From NCBI RefSeq assembly GCF_009914755.1, contig NC_060929.1: DNA of 64,000 nucleotides; one strand, written 5' to 3'. The translations under genes were made by a program, and so were the position numbers. The DNA is from the human T2T-CHM13v2.0 reference genome, Homo sapiens. Below, in pieces: positions 42,798-55,559 of the stretch. The notes beneath the pieces are model-generated. The model did not search any database and was not told where the DNA came from. It saw nothing but the letters and a program-made list of their open reading frames with translations. Each line of letters opens with the position of its first letter. Positions within the stretch are counted from its first letter, which is position 1.

Positions 42798-44370
42798 TGT
42801 AGAAAATAATTTAAACAATATTTAAATTGATCATGTAGGTGGTCATTTTAGAAAAACTAGAAAATACAGATAAGAAAAAATGCATTTAAAATTACCCCAT
42901 ATTTTATCACTTAGGGAAAAGATAGTTTACAAAGCAGAAAACTGAGCTTTTACTTCTATCTTTTGATGCATTAAATAATTTTTCCTTTAAGTACTTTCAG
43001 TGTTACAGTCTCAGCATTTAAGAAATAGGATAACATTTTATTTTACTGTGAAAATTCTTAGATCATAAAGCATGGATCGTTTTTTCTGAGTATTTATATT
43101 ATAGAAAAATACAGAAATGTGAAGAATAAGATAGTTTTTACCCATAATCTAACCATGTAGGATAGTTGGCACAAATGTTTTTCTATATACTTTTAGACTT
43201 TTTTTCTAAATTCTTATTTGATAATTATTGATTTTTGGCATGTGTTTTCTTTCCAGCTGGGAAGTACTTTCTGCACAGACCAGTTATGTATTAGTTGAGT
43301 GCTCTGCTTGCCCACAAAATTTGCTGCATCTTGAAACAGAAAAAGCCAGGAGAGCTAAGTGTTAGACAGTTTTTAGTGGTCATGTGTAGTTGTTTAAGGT
43401 ACTGAGGCATTTCCTCAGTTTCAGTAATTCATTTTATGAAATTTCAAAAGGTAACATTTTTCCTTCAACTGTTGGTGATATTTGTTTAGGTTCAGGAAAG
43501 CTTTTACATTTTATGTGCAGGAAATCACTCTAAACAACACATTTAATAGGTTCCAGTAGTCAACAGAGATGCTATATTCATTTAGGGAATATAACAGATT
43601 TTCTTTGTTTTGCCTTAACACTTGGGGCTTTATAAGATTTCCCCAGAAACCAGGACTGTAGCCATTCTTAGCCAAGTTATGATTTATAGAGTGATTTATT
43701 GATCATGGAAGATTTCCCAGAGTTCCTCAGGATATATCATTAATGTAACTTTGTATATGCTGTCCTGCTGGAGTGGAGGCTCCCTAGGGGTAAGAAGTTT
43801 GGTTCCCTGCACTGTGCCTAGCATGTAACAGGTGTTCCATAAATATTTGTAGAATATTGTTTTGTGTGATTTTTAAATCATGTGTCTCCCTTATTGCCTA
43901 GCACTCTCATTGACTAACCCTATAATTGATCAAGTAATTATTGAATTCCTACATTAAATTGCTCCAACTTTTAATAAGAACATGCTATGTTCCTAATATA
44001 ATGGTGAATGTTGAGTCCTCCATTTCATGAGCTTTCAGCCTAGTACAATTTTTTTTTTTTGCATTTAAGTCTTTTATGAGAACAGATGAGTGATGGATTC
44101 ACTACTGATTAATGTTTGACCAGTCTTCTATATAAAGGAATACAATTTAATTCTCATCCATTTGGGCTTTTTGTCAAGGAGAGGTTTCGGCATAGGTGAT
44201 GTAGGCTCTCATTTACTGGTATGAATTAAGGAGTTCCAGAAATAGATGACTATGCAAATTATTTCCAATTAGTCTGTCTTATGTCACAGCCTTATTGGTG
44301 GTGGAGATGGTGAGATAATACAAGTAAAAAATAGATATCAGCTGATAGGAATAAAATTAAATTATTTTCT

Positions 44371-44651
44371 GGCTGGGCGCGGTGGCTCATGCCTGTAATC
44401 CCAGCACTTTGGGAGGCCAAGATGGGTGGATCACCTGAGGTCAGGAGTTCAAGGCCAGCCTGACAAATATGGTGAAACCCTATCTCTACTAAAAATACAA
44501 AAATTAGCCGGCATGGTGGTGTGCACCTGTAGTCTCAGCTACACAGGAGCCTGAGCCAGGAGAATTGCTTGTACCTGGGAAGCAGAGGTTGCAGTTAGCT
44601 GAGATCATGCCACTGCAGGCCAGCCTGGGTGACAGAGCAATACTCCATATC
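44371..44651 (+). mobile_element. AluS (Sx-like)
   Basis: Both arms; tail replaced by a microsatellite. Confidence 0.93.
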
Positions 44652-44790
44652 TCTTTCTCTCTCTCTCTATATATATATATATACACACACACACACATAT
44701 ATGTATATATGTATGTATATGTATATATGTGTGTATATATGTATATATATGTGTATATGTATATATATGTGTGTGTGTATATATATATAT
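44650..44790. repeat. Compound (CT)n(AT)n(AC)n(AT/GT)n microsatellite
   Basis: Read directly from the sequence. Confidence 0.95.
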
Positions 44791-45836
44791 TTCCATTATT
44801 GTTCCTATGGCTTGAATACATTGATAGTTTTTTGTTGCTTTTTGTTTTTTTGCTATATGAAGGAAAAAAGGAAAGAAAATGTTAAAACAAATGAAAGTGA
44901 TAGGACTGTGGCCGAGGAGCACCATCATTTTGGGTGGGTTTTCTTTGTACTAAAAGTATAAAGACATGCTAGAGAATAATTACCAAATTTACATCAGTGG
45001 TTACGTCTGAGGGGAGAGAGGGAAACTGAGATCAGAGAGAGTTGCCAGAGCCTTCAGCTATGTTTATGTATGATTTATCAAGTTGGGTAGTGAATATACA
45101 GGTAGGTATTCGTTATGTGATTCCCTTCCTATGTTTTTTAATTTAAAAAAATAAAATCTGGAGAATGGATATGCATGGAAGTGAGATTTCCTCTCGTTTT
45201 CTTTTATCATTAAAGGGTTTGGCTTTCTTCTCCAGCTTTTTAGCCTCTTCTATTTCCTATGTCTTCCAGACAGATCCTGTGGCAAGATGGCCAAGGAAAG
45301 AGAGATGTTATGGAAGCAGAGAATTACATTTAAGAGACAGTGACCCATAGAATACACTGAGATATTTGACCTTGTTGAATCCTCAGAAGTGAGCAGTTGT
45401 AATACCTCCAGATATGTAATTATTTACTTGTACTCTTGTTTCACTCAGTTGGTTTCTATTTCTATATAAGCCTTTGACAGCTACATATCCAGGTGTTAAC
45501 ATCACATGTGCAGGTTTTGAAATTTAGGTACCCAATTTAGCAGCATCTGACTTCTCATTTTCTTGCTCATAGTAGTATATGATCCCTATCAGGATGGAGG
45601 GGCCATGTGCCTGTCCCTTACTCTCAACCAGGAATATGCCTGGAACCACCCCTGAAGTCTGCACGGCTGGAGCCCCATGTGTGTAAATGATGGTGGCTGA
45701 AGGGGCTTGAGAAGTAACTTGGTGGAGACAGAGAGTAGGCAGAGAGTCACACACAGTGATGTGGACAGACACTTGAGAGGAAAGGAAGCAATGTACTGGA
45801 CCCAGGAAGGTGCTTGAAGATGCGCCATCTGCCTCA

Positions 45837-46291
45837 TGTATCAGTTTCCTAGGGTTGCCATGACAAAGTATCACATATCAGGTGGCTTGAACAACAGAAA
45901 TTTATTATCTCACATTCCAGAAGCTAGAAATCCAAGATCATAGTGTTTGCAGGTTCGATTCCTACTGAGGACTATGAGGGAGAACCTGTTCCATGCCTCT
46001 TCTAGCTTCTGGTGGTTTGTGGGCAATCTTTTGCTTTCCTTGGCTTTCAGAAGCATCATCTCCATCTCTGCTTTTATCTTTACATGACATTTCTCTGGTC
46101 TGTACGTCTATCCCTGTGTCAAAATTCCACTTTTTTATAAGGACACAGTTATATTGATTTAGTGTCCACCCTAATGACTCCATCTGACCTTGATCATCAG
46201 CAAAGACCCTATTTCCAAATAAGGTCAAATTCAAAGGTACCAGGTGTTAGGACTTCAACAGCTTTCCAGGGGCACAATTCAGTGCATAATA
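45837..46291 (-). mobile_element. MLT1C-like MaLR solo LTR
   Basis: 'tgtatcagtttcctagggttgcc...aagaccctatttccaaataaggtca...gttaggacttcaaca'. Confidence 0.88.
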
Positions 46292-47076
46292 CCCCTTCTG
46301 TTCTCATCCCTACTGCTCAAGTCTAGAAGGCAGATTCTATCTGCCAGTAGACATGGCCCAATTGAGCATGTTGTGGTTTGTGGAATGTCTCCTCTTTTCT
46401 TACTGAGTTCTTCAGAATGGGGTCCATAGTCCCATTGATAGAGAGTGAAAGGACTGTGGAAAAACACAGGGATAAGACAAATTACTTGTTGGGGAGAGGA
46501 CAATTGAAGGGTTCATTTGCCAGTTTGCAAAGTCAGAAAGAAGTACGAGTTGCTCTTTGCTGCTGTTTCTTTCACGCTCAATCCGGGCTTTCCTCCACAG
46601 CTCATTAAGGCAAAATCTAGTTTATCAAAATCCAAACAGTTCCACTTTCAATAATGGCAAATAAATACCATCTCTACTACATTACCTGTTAAATTGGCCT
46701 TTGTGGGTAAACCTAGAAACCTCCCAGCTGTTTATAACATTGTTTCTCTGAGAATGTGGTCTGGTTTCTCAAACTTATAGATGCACCTTCAGAGCACAGC
46801 TTTGTATGTTGTGGAGATTAGCTGGGGAAATAGGGGTTGGTCAGGACTAGGGGTCATACCAGCCTTAATTCTTTTTCCATGTTGAGTGCTTCTGGAAAGA
46901 TGCAGAGGGACACTCTGGGCAAGAGTGCTCTTCTGTGCTAGAAGGCCATTGCCCGCTCAGTAGTGGTGTCTCCTTGGTGAATGATGATTCCCCTGAAGTG
47001 AAGGACTTCATGCTCTTGCCCAGAATTAAAACTGGCTGGGTGACTGGGAGAAGCATCAGCTAACCCAAAGTCTGTG

Positions 47077-47647
47077 TGTATTAGCTGTGTTCTCCAGAGA
47101 GAATCAATAGAGGATGGATGGATGGATAAGAGGGGATTGATTAGGGAAATGTGTTTACATGATTATGGAGCTTGAGAAGTCCTACAACAAGCTGTCTACA
47201 AGCTAGAAACCCTGGAATGACAGTAGCATGGTTCAGCACAATACAAGTCTGAAAGCCTCAGATGCAGGGAAACTAATGGTGTAATTATCAGTCTGAGGCA
47301 GAAGGCCTGAGAACCTTGGGGGCCATTAGGGTAAGTCCTGGATTCCAAAGGGTGGAGAGTCTGGAGTTCTGATGTTCAAGGGCAGGAGAAGACACATGTC
47401 CCACCTCTAGGAAATGGAGAGGAGGAAATCACCTTTCCTCAGTCTTTTTTGTTCTGTCTGGGCCACCATCTGATTGGGTAGTGCCTGCCGACATTGAGAG
47501 AAAATCTTCTTCACTTAGTTCATGGACTCATATGTCAATCAGTCTCCTCTGGACACACCCTCAAAGACACACTCAGAAATAATGCTTTACCAGTTCTCCA
47601 GATGTTTCTTAATCCAGTCAAATTGACACCTAAAATTAACCATCACA
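47077..47647 (-). mobile_element. MLT2 (MLT2B-like) ERVL solo LTR
   Basis: 'tgtattag...gttctccagaga...aatccagtcaaattgacacctaaaattaaccatcaca'; 5-bp TSD ctgtg/ctgta. Confidence 0.88.
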
Positions 47648-47659
47648 CTGTACTTCCCC

Positions 47660-48098
47660 TTTGCTTTAATGATAAAGCTCTGCTTTTTGTCAGGATGGTA
47701 ATGTTTTCAGCTAAAAGGATATACTTATCAGCCTCCCTCTCTCACAGCTAGATACAGTTATGTTACTATCTGCTGGCTGATGAGATGTAAGCAGAGGGAA
47801 TTAAATTCAAGGGATAGACAGCTGGTTGGGCACCTTTTTCCTTTTCTCCTTTATCTGGAATGAATTTGTGTTGGCCAGAGCTCCAGCAGCTGTATTGGTC
47901 CATGAAATAAACATGAAGGTAGACTCTACATGCTAAGGATGATGGAACTGCAAGGTGGAAGTAGCTTGAGTCTGATGATTTGGTAGCTACCAAACCACCC
48001 CTGCTTCTGAACTTCTTTTACCTAATGAAGCGATAAACTATTTTGCTTAATCACTTATTTGGCTTCCCAGTTATCTGCAGCCAATTCTACCTCATACA
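47660..48098 (+). mobile_element. Old MLT1 (J/K-like) LTR
   Basis: 'atgagatgtaagcagagg', 'ctccagcagc', 'atgctaaggatgatgg'. Confidence 0.6.
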
Positions 48099-50348
48099 GA
48101 GACCTTTCCATAGGAACCCCAATCACTATCCTGTAGATGATATAGTATGTTCAGAAATAAAGGCCAACCAAGTGGAATGAAGAAAAGAGAATTACTTTCC
48201 AAGACCTAAAGAACAATGGGTCTGCTATGTGCCATGGTATCTTTTCCCCAAAGCATCTTGAATGAGAGCAGGAAGAGACGACTGAAACTGTGCCCCCTTT
48301 AGCTACTTCCTTATTTCATCAAATTTCGCTTTTATCTAATACCATAGATAGTGTTGGCCATTACCATTTTCTGCTACCTCACATTGAGTTACAGCAGCAA
48401 CAACATCTTGGCAGTAAAACACTGTTTTGAGTACTTCATTGCTTTTTACTGTTGTTTCAGAAAGGTGAGTAGAAAACAGAAGTATGTGCTGATTATCTGG
48501 TAAGAAGTGTAGTTCCCACAAACTAAATGCAGCTGACACCACAGGGAAATTACCTGGCTTTCCAAAAGGTCTGATCTTTAGCTTCAGTAAGACGTTCATT
48601 GTATTTGGTCCAGTGGTGTGTGTATATGATTGTGAATGAGAAGAACAAAGGTAAAGGATTTGAACAGATTGGAAGTATATCAATGAGGAGTATATGAGGA
48701 AGAATTAGGAAGTTTAAAATTTTTTATGTCTCAAGGAATAAAAACTTCCCTGACAATATATATTTGACCCTTTGACATGCTTTCAGGAATGTGTGAAGCA
48801 GGAAAGTAAAGAGCTGCCTTTATACCATTCTATCTGGGTTCACTGTCTTTCAGCAACTGAGCGATTCTCTGACAGAACATCGTGGATTGAGAGGAAATAA
48901 GAATGGGTGTGCCTGCTTTAGGATTACACAGTGCTGGACCTTTGAGGAAGGAGAAGCAGAGATGGATAGAATTGTTGTGGCAGAACTGAGCTTGTATACT
49001 TGGTCCTGTGGAGGGTATCTACTCTTCTTCCAGCTGCGTAGGGTAAATAAAGGTTTTTGTAAAGCTTCTTTATCTGTCTTGAATTATTCATGTTTCTCTG
49101 CATCTTTGGATTTACAGCCCACCCTCAGAGATGAAGATTTTCTTGGAGGACCAAATTTAGGGGAAATATAGCTTCTGAGAACTTACTTTATCTGTAACAA
49201 GGCCAAGTCAGTTTCTAAGTGTCTCATTTTAAAGTCACAATGATATGAGACCCTAAGTAGTATCTACTGCTTGGGGAACTGAGAAGGCAATTCATGCTAT
49301 GCATTTATACTTACCGAAGTATATAAAATGACATATTTTCTCACTGAATATGTTTATCCTTATTTTTATGGAGTTTCAGACATTTACAAGGGTTTTTTAA
49401 AGGTTTATTTCTGATCGCAGGTCCTAGTACCCTGTTTTTCCCTCAAGCTATTAATTTTTCCAATTGTGAGTTTATTTTTCTTGTTGCTTATCAGGAACCT
49501 AATTCTTTGTTGTGAGGGTGGAATTTCTGTACTGGGTTTGTGGAAATTTCTTCTTTCCTGTATCTTTTGCTGGGAGGGAGAGATGTTGCAATGAGGTTTG
49601 TGAAAGGAGCCGAGCTAACTCTGATTCTAACAGTTTTCTTAATATATTTCTAATGAAGTTATTATAGTTGTCACTTGATGAAACAAGATTGAGCTAGACA
49701 TTATGTTGGATTTCATTTATTGATTTCTAGTTATTCCATGGCAATCTAGAAAGTTTGGAAATGGTGTTTTCTTTTTTCATGCAATACCTGGCCTCCATCA
49801 CAAAAAATATTTAGCTCATATTGAAGATAGCGTTGCTGCCTGAAAGGCATGTATATATTAGTACACTGTATTAAAAAAAAAGAGGAAATAGCATCCAGTT
49901 TCCCCAGCGCAGGACTATAATAGTTTCCTACTGAAATTACAACCAGAATAATACTGACACCTGGTGATCCCGTAGTGTGATCTCACCAAAGCTTTAAAAG
50001 TACATGGAAGGAGCCCTGAAACCACGTTATCTTCAGGGAATTATAGTTAGTATCCAGTTTTGTTTTTTCAGGGGTGAGGAGGAATGGTATGAAGTATATC
50101 TTCAATAGCTTAGCTGGTAAGAAACATCACACTGACTTCCTCCTTCAGTGAACGATCCCTTCTGAATTGCTCTAAATAAAATCTTAAGTAATGAGGGCTT
50201 TTTATAGATAATCTGTTTGTCAAACTGCAATTTGAATTATTTGAGAGGTTTCTGAGGATGAGTAGGTAAAAAGTCTTCATCAGGTCTGTCACCGTTATCA
50301 GAAACATGCCAAAACCTTATCAGTTTATATGAGGTTGGCCTTTTCATT

Positions 50349-50358
50349 GGGAATTCCC
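50349..50358. promoter_or_regulatory. Consensus NF-kB motif GGGAATTCCC
   Basis: Exact match to GGGRNWYYCC inside a 16-bp palindrome; function unproven. Confidence 0.3.
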
Positions 50359-51729
50359 AATTGGGCATGGAGAGAGGGGTTCAGTCCTAGAAATGAATGG
50401 CTTGTTTTATCTTCTAGTTTACTTACTCAAACAGTAAATTCATAAGATGGCTATTCCATAGAAGACTTCAGTTTCATTAGTTTATTTTAGCTGGATAACA
50501 TGTGATTGTGGAAGTGGAGGTGACTGAGATCTCAAGGCTACCCCACAGGTTGTATATTTCAAGAAATAACAGTTTGTTTTCTCATGAAAATTGAAAGGGA
50601 AAAGTAGAGAAAAAACGATATGAGATAAACACGTGTTGAAATTGTGCTTATGCTTTGAATTAAATTCCTTGCATGGCTGATTCTTATTTAAGGCCAGAAA
50701 TGATGAAACCTTGATCTGAAAGCTGCATTATAAACTGAAGAGATGATGAAAGTTTTCTCCATATTGGGGTTGGTAATTAGCTATGCGTGGGTCATGGGTT
50801 GATGATTAGTTCTGTTCCTCAGAGCATGTCTGCAATCTTTGACATCTACTTAAGCTATGTAAATAATTTACACAGTTTTTATTCTGATTTTTCTATTAGT
50901 CTTTGATAGAGTGAAACCTGATATTTTCTTTGACAAACCATGAAATTTAGCAATTAAATCTTTTTATTCATCTGAAGTCTGTACTTGGTGAAAATAAGTC
51001 TCAACAAAACATTGTGTTGGGGCTTTCAAAATATTATTTAGTGGTTCTTTGGCATCTAGTAAACATAGCTTTTCATAATTATTTCTAATCTCCTCATAGT
51101 TATAGCCTTTAATTCTCACCTAAATAAGAATCATATTTTGAAACCCATAGACATTGGGAAACCAGAGATTTTTTGCCTCTTCAACACCTTACTTTTGCAT
51201 ATCTCAAGTTTATTATTTATTACTACATTTAGTCTTCCATAGATTCTGTTCATATCTCTTTAACTAAAGTAAGCTAAGTACTTACAGTTCTGATAAACTC
51301 CCTATGCCTTCATTGCACTTATATGCCCCTTTTATATGGAAACATCTCTAGTAAATATTTCAGTGGTGACGAACTGTTTTCATAATTTGACTCACTGGAA
51401 GTGAGATCATGAGATTTGGAATTGCAGATACATGCATTTCAACTTCCATCAGCAAAACCTATTAATAATTGTTCTACATTCTTTTATTGCTGCAGGAAAA
51501 AAATTATTTTTGGTCCCAACTTATTTTTCTCTTGATTGCATGCCATCATCTTCTCCTTATTAATTAAATAATGCACCTCTTACAAACTATTCTTATTCTC
51601 TCTTGTTTGGGTATTCTTATCCTGGAATCAGTGGATAGCTTTCTGAACTCTGTGAATTCCCTGAAATTGTATATAAACATGTGTGCATGTTGCTCTCTCA
51701 TGGACCTTCTCCCTCTTCCTAAATCTTAG

Positions 51730-52720
51730 GCTTCTTGTGGTACTGTGATCTGCCTGACACTTGTTCATTATGGAGTACCTAATGGCAAAGTGGCCACATG
51801 TGGAGATTGCTGAGTTCAGTGCTTCCCAAACCAAGTGGTAGTAGTTTGTCTTTATATTTAGAGGCATTCTTCTAATTTAAATAATGTATGAATGTCTTTA
51901 AAAGAAAAAAATCCATACCCACAATGTTGACTTATACAGTTTTTATTTTAATGATACTTTTTTTGCTTTTATCTATTTTTTTGAGATGAGGTCTTGCTGT
52001 GTTGCCCTGGGTGGTGTTGAACTCCTGGCTTCAAGTGATCCTCCAACCTCAGCCTCCTGAGTAGCTGAGATTACAGGCATGAGCCACCACACCTGGCTTT
52101 AATGCTACTTTGTTTATAAAGAAAAAAGTCAGATATAAACTTCTGTGTTTAACAGTTTTTCTGCTAAAACAATTTAAAATAAATACAACATAATTGCAAA
52201 AAAAGTAGCATGTAAAGTAACAATATGAATTTAATATTGCATATTAATGATGATACTCTGCTGAGACTAAATCACCCTTTACAATGTGAATATACTATTG
52301 ACTACTCTGGCAGAGGCTTCCTTTATTTTATTTTATTTTATTTTATTTTATTTTTTGAGTTGGTATAGTTATCATAGGCAATCTCAATTCTCCTATAACT
52401 TTTCTGATACAAAGCCTTTAGTGATGATTCCATGGTATTCCATAATATCATTTGGTCCTCACTTCATTTGTGTATTAGACCACTGATCTTTTCTCATTAG
52501 CTCAGGGAAATTGAAGTAGTAATATTTAGCCAGCTTGATTATTAGCACATATGAAACATGGCACTGAAATCATGGGGCAGTCTGAAGTTAAAGGATAGTA
52601 ATCATACATTTCCTGTTTTGTAAGCCTGTTAACGACACGGCAACAAAATTTTTAAAAATGTATTAAGTATTCATATATCCCTGAATTTTTTTTTTTCAGA
52701 TTGCAGTTTGAGGAAGACTG
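51730..52720. mobile_element. Possible old hAT-Charlie DNA transposon remnant
   Basis: 'ggccacatgtgg' motif and a TIR-like 'cagtttgaggaagactg' end. Confidence 0.3.
51961..52097 (-). mobile_element. FLAM Alu monomer with TSD
   Basis: Monomer sequence; TSD tttaatgatacttt / tttaatgctacttt. Confidence 0.88.
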
Positions 52721-53104
52721 GCATAGCATATACTAAGAGTAAGAATTGGTGCAGATTACTTTTAGTGGATTAACTGCATAAACCTAAGCTTTGCATTTTT
52801 TGGTATTTGGCTTTGGCTGTCTCTTTTTCTAAACCCAGCCTTGCTCTTAGCTGTGTCATCTGCTACAGGTAAACTAACCTGGCAGCAAAGGGGGAATTCA
52901 AAGGGTGGGGTGGCAGAGAATGTTGTCAAACCATGAGCTCTGATGAGTAAAAAGGTCTCTGCCGTCAGTGGTAACATGGTACTCTTTACTGGGTGATTCT
53001 ATAATTTCTGTAAATATGTTTCCCAAAGACATATGCATTTGAAAGTGATAATTACTATAGTTAGGATCACGTCCACAGTGTTTTTTCAGTAGGTAAGGAT
53101 GTCT

Positions 53105-53260
53105 TCCAATCTAGTTCTGCCACTTAGTAGCTGTATGACTTTGCCTCTGCTAAAATGGGAATTGTGGAAATAGGACCAATCTGAGGCTTTCGTGAGAGAG
53201 TGTATCAAAAATGCTTTTCACAGTTCTTGGCTTACACTTGGCACCAGTGGATGTTTGCTC
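53105..53260 (+). mobile_element. MIR fragment
   Basis: 'ttctgccacttagtagctgtatgactttg'. Confidence 0.6.
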
Positions 53261-53722
53261 ACTCCTAATGCCACTACCAGTACTACAAGAAAAATATTCC
53301 TAGTAACGATTCTTTGAATTCATTTAACATGCAGAGAATACAAGTAAAGGTCTGAGACAGGCATCCCCATTTCTCAACTTGCGGTTAGTCGTTAGATTTT
53401 GATACTATGTGGTATGATGTTTTTAGCGTAGAAGGTGGTGTATTATCATTAGCTTTTTTATGAGAGTAATTACCATCTTCTAGGGTACCTATGGAGGCCA
53501 ATTATATTGGAACCTTGCAACCTCATTACTACCCTCTGAATCTGACCTTTTGCCCTTTTCCAACCTGGTTATCCCTCCTTTAAATTCCCTCAGCTGTCGT
53601 TCTAGTGTGTCCTTTCTTCCCTTTCTGTCCCGGAGAAGCCTGAGGGAAGCCTGTCAGCTCAGTACTCAGTGTCCCACTTATTGCCAAAGCACTTGTAGCT
53701 GCATTTGCCACCATTGTTCTAA

Positions 53723-54174
<452 letters not shown>

Positions 54175-54329
54175 TAGTAACTGACAGAGGATCCAAACTC
54201 AGTCTTTATCACTTCTTTGACAGTTCCCCTATTTTCTTGTCTTTGTGTTATTCTGGTTTCAAAACGAGAAAGTGTGAATTTGCGTTGGGCAGGGTCATGT
54301 GTTTCAAATGGACTCTATCAATGGGAACA

Positions 54330-54895
54330 TATTTATAACAGTCTGAGTTTAATTCCTGGCTTTTCCATGTAATAGTTGCATGATCTTGGACAAGTTACTT
54401 AACATCTCTGGTCCTTACTCTCTTCACCTGTACAATGGAAATGGTCATAATGGCATGCTTATCATTTTCATGTACGTCCCTGTGAAGAGACTACTGAACA
54501 GGCTTTGTGTGAGCAATAAAGCTTTTAATCACCTGGGTGCAGGCGGGCTAAGTCCGAAAAGAGAGTCAGGGAAGGGAGATAGGGGTGGGGCCATTTTATA
54601 AGATTTGGGTAGGTAAAGGAAAATTACAGTCAAAGGGGGTTGTTCTCTGACGGGCAGGAGTACGGGTCACAAGGTACTCAGTGGGGGAGCTTTTGAGCCA
54701 GGATGAGCCAGGAGAAGGAATTTCACAAGACAATGTCATCAGTTAAGGCAGGAACAGTCCATCTGGATGTGTACATGCAGGTCACAGGGGATATGATGGC
54801 TTAGCTTAGGCTCAGAGGCCTGACAATCATGGGTTGTTACAAAGATTAAATGAAGTAATATTTGTAAATGCACCTTAAACAATACCTGACGAATA
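54330..54895 (+). mobile_element. MIR split by the LTR7 insertion
   Basis: 'gatcttggacaagttacttaac' before the LTR and 'gggttgttacaaagattaaatgaag' after it. Confidence 0.75.
54466..54825 (-). mobile_element. HERV-H solo LTR (LTR7 family), 360 bp
   Basis: Minus strand reads tgtcaggcctctgagcctaagctaagccatcatatcccctgtgacctgca...catgaaa; perfect 5-bp TSD ATCAT. Confidence 0.95.
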
Positions 54896-55244
54896 TTACC
54901 CTTTATGTGGGTATGTTAAATAACAATACAAATGACTTCAAATTATAAATCAATGAAAAACTCTTTTTAAAATTTCTTTTCCCAGCATCATCTTTTTCTT
55001 AGATAACCTTCAGCACTGAACTCCTTATTACTCAGCCCTTTCTCCTGGATGCCCTCTCTCCTCCTCACTACAGTGCGGCTTTAATTATATCTCCCACTGC
55101 TTTCTTTCTCTTTAATCACTCTGCAAAGGACAAATTCCAGTAAGCTTTCACTCATTGGAGGTGGAAGGACAAGAATCCAGGCTTTACCATGGGAAATACA
55201 GAGAGGTACTCATGTTATTTTAAAACACTTACGGTACTTTACTA

Positions 55245-55380
55245 TTTAATAAATATTTAAGCCCCTACTGTATGTCAAGCACTGCACATTTAGGTGTGAA
55301 AAATATTGGGGAGGTACAGTGAACAGGACACACATGGCCCCTTCTAAACTTCATAAGTACTCATTCAAATTAGGAGAACA
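55245..55380 (-). mobile_element. L2 3' end
   Basis: 'aataaatatttaagcccctactgtatgtcaagcactg'. Confidence 0.65.
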
Positions 55381-55559
55381 AAATCCCTCTCACCAGAAGG
55401 ACTAAAGGGTACCTCAGTGCACGCTCATATGTACTGCTTCATTTATTGCACTATCAGACTGTCTTCCCATCTCTGAATCTCCAAGACCTCAAAGTATATG
55501 GCACCTAGTAGGCATGGAACAAATGTTAATGGTGTAATGGATCGGGCATTTATTTTGGT

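Noticed and set aside
44504-44961. Four overlapping ORFs of more than 100 aa rich in Y/I/H/T/C/V
   Set aside because: Artefacts of a stop-free dinucleotide microsatellite plus Alu
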